Source of the DNA: an uncultured delta proteobacterium
Lineage (GTDB): Bacteria > Desulfobacterota > Desulfuromonadia > Geobacterales > DSM-12255
Length of the DNA stretch: 64,000 nt
Direction: 5' to 3'
NCBI GenBank assembly: GCA_963787125.1
Contig: CAWBBV010000001.1
Span: 672,001 to 736,000, forward strand
The position numbers were made by a program, and so were the translations under genes. The stretch's first letter is position 1, and each line of letters opens with the position of its first letter. Shown here piece after piece: positions 60,901-64,000 of the stretch. The notes beneath the pieces are model-generated. The model saw only the letters and a program-made list of their open reading frames with translations, searched no databases and was not told the DNA's origin.

Positions 60901-62370
60901 GATGCATCGTTAAACGGTACCGGGGAAGATGAAACTATTGCAGATATTGCCAGCGCCACACTCAGCACCAAGCGTAACGTCTTCTGCTACGACTGCCACA
61001 ACTCACACGGCTCCGACGTTGCTGGTATCACCAGTTCCTACTCCAGCGCCACTGGGCGTTACAAAGGCGGCCTGCTCAAATCGACTGTAGCCGGCACTGG
61101 TGGGTACACCGTAACTTACAAACCCGCGGCCAGAACCGTTAACTACAAGTCATACAGTACTCTTGCAACGACGGCCGCAACTTTCAATGCCGGTGCCAGC
61201 ATCTGCCATGACTGCCACAATAATGACACCAGAAAGCTAAATATCGCCAGGCCGTGGTCAATCATCAATACTTACAGCTCGACGAGGCCGATCGTCGGTT
61301 ACTGGAGTACGCCATATTTCGACAATTACACCGGTATACCTGCCAAACGTTTTCCCTATAAGGCGGGTGGCCCGATTAACGGTATCAAAGACCTCCGCAA
61401 ACCAATGGGTGGTCACTTTGCCTCCAGTGTCATTGGCGCTCAGGCCAGTCACAGCGTTGAGATCAATGGACTCTGTACTCCTTGCCACGATCCTCACGGT
61501 GTCTCCAGCGCCATGACAGCCCTGAACAGGGGCAAATCAGTGCCGTTGCTTAAGGGGACATGGGTAACTTCACCCTACCGTGAAGACAAGGCAACCCCTG
61601 TTGTCAAGCGTGGCGGCGGCAGTAACTTTACCGGTATAGCAGCTATTGCCGGAATGCCAGGCTACAACATCGACCAGAACACCCTTGTTAACCTGCCGGC
61701 AGCTGTTAGTGGCGGAGCTGGGACAGTATCGGCAAAGAACAACAAGCGGGCACAGGTATTCTCAATCTTCCCGGGAGTCGCAGGAAACGCACTTTCTCTC
61801 CACACCGAGAAGACCCCCGCCGAGTTTGCTGGACTCTGCGTCGGTTGCCATGCCCAGGGAACTCTGACAAATGCAGTTGCACCGGCTGCTAGCAACTGGA
61901 TGACCAAGGAACGTGTTCACCAGTCAGTAGCTGGCTGGGCAGCTACAACCGGAACCAACGCTAATAATACTGTTCACGCTTTCACCTGTTCCAAATGTCA
62001 TAAAGCACATACTTCTCATCTGCCGCGGCTTCTGGTTACCGACTGCCTTGATGTCCGCCATGTTAAACAGTCAGTTTCAGGTGGCAGTATTTCTGCAACT
62101 CCTATCGCTACCAGTCCGGGTTTCAGTTTCGGCAACAACCTCCAGAGCTACGCATCGTCGGCTTATGGTGCAGGCCGGTTCCCGTCCGGTGGCTCCAGAT
62201 ATTCGGGAACACCGACTACAGCTCAGAACAACGGACCGTGGTACTTCCAGACGGTTCAGCCGGCTGCAGTTACTTACCCCTCCAACTGCCACAACGCAGT
62301 AAACGCAGGTGGAGGCGCAACAACTTATGATCCGACCAAACAAATCTGGAACAAGAAAACAAGGTGGTAA
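57934..62370 (+). CDS. Giant multiheme cytochrome c (about 27 heme motifs)
   Basis: Signal peptide; manual count 19 CxxCH, 5 CX4CH, 2 CX3CH, 1 CX8CH. Confidence 0.92.
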   Translation: MGKNRVRRRQNSQMIMVALTVLATLVLSFGNVQAGVLNSCSSYCHGMPPRDSIRKANPHFDSQSSAFLGNHRNHLPPAPVAADCTLCHIPVLPTDFSHQTDIISMVNSLKGYSSANIRAKYDKGTFFNQTSVPNFTNATCSNVSCHFESKTPVWGSPSYAVPADCNSCHGFPPVGVTGTPAGGLAGSHPRHNAFYSGTTGCQKCHPGYTSFTHASSAGRSLRVQGYLKDPLNNLETGATYSGAGTNYLPSKSSSQIFGSCNNVYCHSSAQGSAGTGAITYQSPAWGGGSLTCGSCHKNMATDATATGSHQIHATTSATANGTGVNLTCQVCHGLSYSRTMAPVGSTHANKTIELFFSTISGANGLGTNYNKSGSFAPGSAYGQCSASACHGSGKPVWGANTTRPECFKCHGSTVAAFSTVSAASVAPGFNNEGRDTGGNSVATSPRVGAHQTHLTATDNISGPIHCGECHTPHLTVKDTTHLNYTTATVSFGPLAKTAGHAPGVSRSAGVISCANTYCHNGNRVGATAVATTPIFTSASLIGNTTIADTCTNKCHGMPPGASVAGDTHAALTGAYTTPTSLSACSSQTGGTGCHPTLNGAPTLMTNIFFDKTKHINGSVEAAGGHAFPYGGSVHRPGGTGSPLANASAPYTNCSGCHDTSTASGIYPVASGVKPLCSACHVNTATFTGATPGCYDCHGSSATNGMPSGGAFPNLSGSHSKHVVGQALACSVCHAGKGGGVGDTTHGSSNRVAHTAANPFVNVTSTTAQFHFTWTGKGTCANVACHGTAEWGVTKFNCLTCHSVAVGARAAVVGQFASQSHHIQGAETLTTAQCYKCHWEAKIDGSVDSAYHSGTAGKGVSLVVWNGAVRPTVATMGTTYISYTANGSRSQIAKLNQVCLGCHNSAGISAANLFGTFASDQYSPEPRMQPALARTSILSRYSSTRTVAWSNYNFTNSSGQVNQYGTNQKYRITKALSAHGNAVKNQFPAWDASLNGTGEDETIADIASATLSTKRNVFCYDCHNSHGSDVAGITSSYSSATGRYKGGLLKSTVAGTGGYTVTYKPAARTVNYKSYSTLATTAATFNAGASICHDCHNNDTRKLNIARPWSIINTYSSTRPIVGYWSTPYFDNYTGIPAKRFPYKAGGPINGIKDLRKPMGGHFASSVIGAQASHSVEINGLCTPCHDPHGVSSAMTALNRGKSVPLLKGTWVTSPYREDKATPVVKRGGGSNFTGIAAIAGMPGYNIDQNTLVNLPAAVSGGAGTVSAKNNKRAQVFSIFPGVAGNALSLHTEKTPAEFAGLCVGCHAQGTLTNAVAPAASNWMTKERVHQSVAGWAATTGTNANNTVHAFTCSKCHKAHTSHLPRLLVTDCLDVRHVKQSVSGGSISATPIATSPGFSFGNNLQSYASSAYGAGRFPSGGSRYSGTPTTAQNNGPWYFQTVQPAAVTYPSNCHNAVNAGGGATTYDPTKQIWNKKTRW

Positions 62371-62452
62371 CATTAAGTTTGCGGAAGAATAAATTTACGT
62401 GATTGTTTTATGTTGACAAAAAGGGGTTGAAACGCTAATAGATATTTTTCGT

Positions 62453-62529
62453 CGGGGCGTAGCGCAGCCTGGTAGCGCGCCTGCTTCGGGAGCAGGAGGT
62501 CGGAAGTTCGAATCTTCTCGCCCCGACCA
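62453..62529 (+). tRNA. tRNA-Pro(CGG)
   Basis: CGGGGCG/CGCCCCG-ACCA acceptor; CCTGC-TT-CGG-GA-GCAGG anticodon arm. Confidence 0.95.
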
Positions 62530-62538
62530 TGAATTTCG

Positions 62539-62571
62539 AGGGGTTACGGCGAAAGCTGTGACCCCTTTATT
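62539..62571 (+). terminator. Terminator after tRNA-Pro
   Basis: AGGGGTTACGGC-GAAA-GCTGTGACCCCT-TTATT. Confidence 0.75.
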
Positions 62572-62695
62572 ACTATGTGGAGACTTGCGTAGAGTCACTG
62601 GCGCAACAGATGCGCAATAAGCGATCAAATATTTCTTGACAAAAGTTTTACTCTCCGCTTATTCTCGAAGTATACTATGGGCTTAGTGGGATAAT

Positions 62696-63157
62696 ATGAT
62701 TTCAATGCGGAGTAAATACGCCCTTAAGGCGCTTTGTTATATGGCACGGACGAGCGATAAAGATTCATTCCTTATTGCCGAAATTGCCCAGGCCGAAGGG
62801 ATTCCAAAGAAGTTTTTGGAAGCCATCCTGCTTATAATCAAAAACAGTGGCATACTCTCCAGCAAAAAAGGTCCTGGCGGCGGCTATTCGTTAGCAAAGA
62901 GTCCGGCGGCAATAACTGTCGGTGCCGTGATCAGGGCGTTTGAGGGTAATCTTATTCCGCTGCAATGTCTCAGTGAATCTGCTCCGGTCAGTTGTCCTGA
63001 GTGCGGCGATGCAGACGCCTGCGGGGTAAAACTGGTAATGGCAGATGTGGAAAAGGCTCTTTCAACCATTCTTGATGCAACAACTATTGCCGACATGAAT
63101 CAAATGAGTGAATTTGAACGCCAGAGAAGGCGGCAGGTAGTGGATTACTCGATTTAA
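62696..63157 (+). CDS. Rrf2-family transcriptional regulator (IscR/CymR-like)
   Basis: KYAL.AL, IP.KFLE.IL, S.KG.GGGY.L; Cys cluster. Confidence 0.9.
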   Translation: MISMRSKYALKALCYMARTSDKDSFLIAEIAQAEGIPKKFLEAILLIIKNSGILSSKKGPGGGYSLAKSPAAITVGAVIRAFEGNLIPLQCLSESAPVSCPECGDADACGVKLVMADVEKALSTILDATTIADMNQMSEFERQRRRQVVDYSI

Positions 63158-63275
63158 AAAAATTTAGTAAATAAGACTATAACGAATATAGGCAAACAAG
63201 TTAATGCCCTCACAATAAGATGATAAAAGACGAGCAAATTAACTTTATCAGATAAGCTCAGTAGAGAGATTAACC

Positions 63276-64000
63276 ATGGAAAACAACGAATTTGATTTTG
63301 ACACAGTCATAGATCGTAGCGGTACCGGTAGTGAAAAGTGGGACAAATATGCCGGTCGTGACATTATTCCACTCTGGGTGGCGGACATGGACTTCCGTTC
63401 ACCGCCGGCAGTTATTGCGGCGTTGCACGAACGGATCGATCACGGTGTGTTCGGCTACACTCAGCCGCCGCCAGGTTTGGTGGAGGCTGTGCTGGAACAT
63501 CTGCAGCGTGATTTTGACTGGCGGGTAGAGCCGGAGTGGATCGTCTGGCTCCCCGGTCTGGTTTGCGGACTGAATGTCCTTAGTAAGGCGGTTGGGGGTG
63601 ATGGGGATGAAGTCCTCACTTTTACCCCTGTCTATCCACCTTTTATGTCGGCGCCGATCCTGACCGGTCGGGTTACGGTGAAGGTGCCGCTGGTTCTGGA
63701 AAATGGTCGCTGGGTGGCGGATTTGGAGGCGTTGGAAAAAGCGGTAACACCCCGGACAAAGTTACTGCTGCTTTGCAACCCCCATAACCCGGTGGGGCGT
63801 GCCTGGACCAGGGAGGAACTGCTGCAGTTCGCTTCCTTCGCCGAACGACACGATCTGATCATTGGCTCCGATGATATCCACGCCGGGCTTATTCTGGATG
63901 CAGGAAAGAGGCATATGCCCATCGCTACTTTGTCGCCCGAAACCGGCCGCCGCACCATAACTCTGCTGGCTCCGAGCAAGACCTACAATATTCCGGGCCT
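63276..64000 (+). CDS. MalY/PatB-family PLP-dependent C-S lyase (partial, runs off the window)
   Basis: DR.GT.S.KWD, PLWVADMDF, HGVFGY, LCNPHNPVG, SDDIH, APSKTYNIPG. Confidence 0.9.
   Translation, partial: MENNEFDFDTVIDRSGTGSEKWDKYAGRDIIPLWVADMDFRSPPAVIAALHERIDHGVFGYTQPPPGLVEAVLEHLQRDFDWRVEPEWIVWLPGLVCGLNVLSKAVGGDGDEVLTFTPVYPPFMSAPILTGRVTVKVPLVLENGRWVADLEALEKAVTPRTKLLLLCNPHNPVGRAWTREELLQFASFAERHDLIIGSDDIHAGLILDAGKRHMPIATLSPETGRRTITLLAPSKTYNIPG

Noticed and set aside
62395..62628. 77-aa minus-strand ORF
   Set aside because: Antisense to tRNA-Pro

Overview
Chromosomal window from a Geobacteraceae-like deltaproteobacterium, inferred from the GEMM-I riboswitch, the CxxxxCH/CxxCH multiheme cytochromes and the parAB-atpF'FHAGDC gene order. 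Left to right: a complete ~1.8 kb IS (10-bp target duplication; transposase apparently needs a -1 frameshift); a PstS-like binding protein; a small defence island (type III R-M plus a HicA-like toxin and a large HicB-like partner); a polyphosphate cluster (sixA, two thymidylate-kinase-like genes, CHAD, ppx, PPK2-family kinase); envelope and Fe-S genes including a DUF3015/DUF4105/hydrolase module and a signal-peptide-bearing proteasome-beta-like Ntn hydrolase; a two-component system; serS with two tRNA-Ser; parAB and the atp operon (atpG frameshifted); pdxA; a GAF-Hypr-GGDEF (probable 3',3'-cGAMP synthase); a ~16.5 kb porin-cytochrome locus behind a cGAMP-type riboswitch, with a dockerin-tipped NHL/Ig protein, a candidate cohesin-like lipoprotein and three giant mosaic multiheme cytochromes; tRNA-Pro, an Rrf2 regulator and a partial malY/patB. 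The strongest novelty candidates are the exported proteasome-beta-like protein and the dockerin/cohesin-like module inside the cytochrome locus. All family calls come from motif recognition by eye; no database searches were run.
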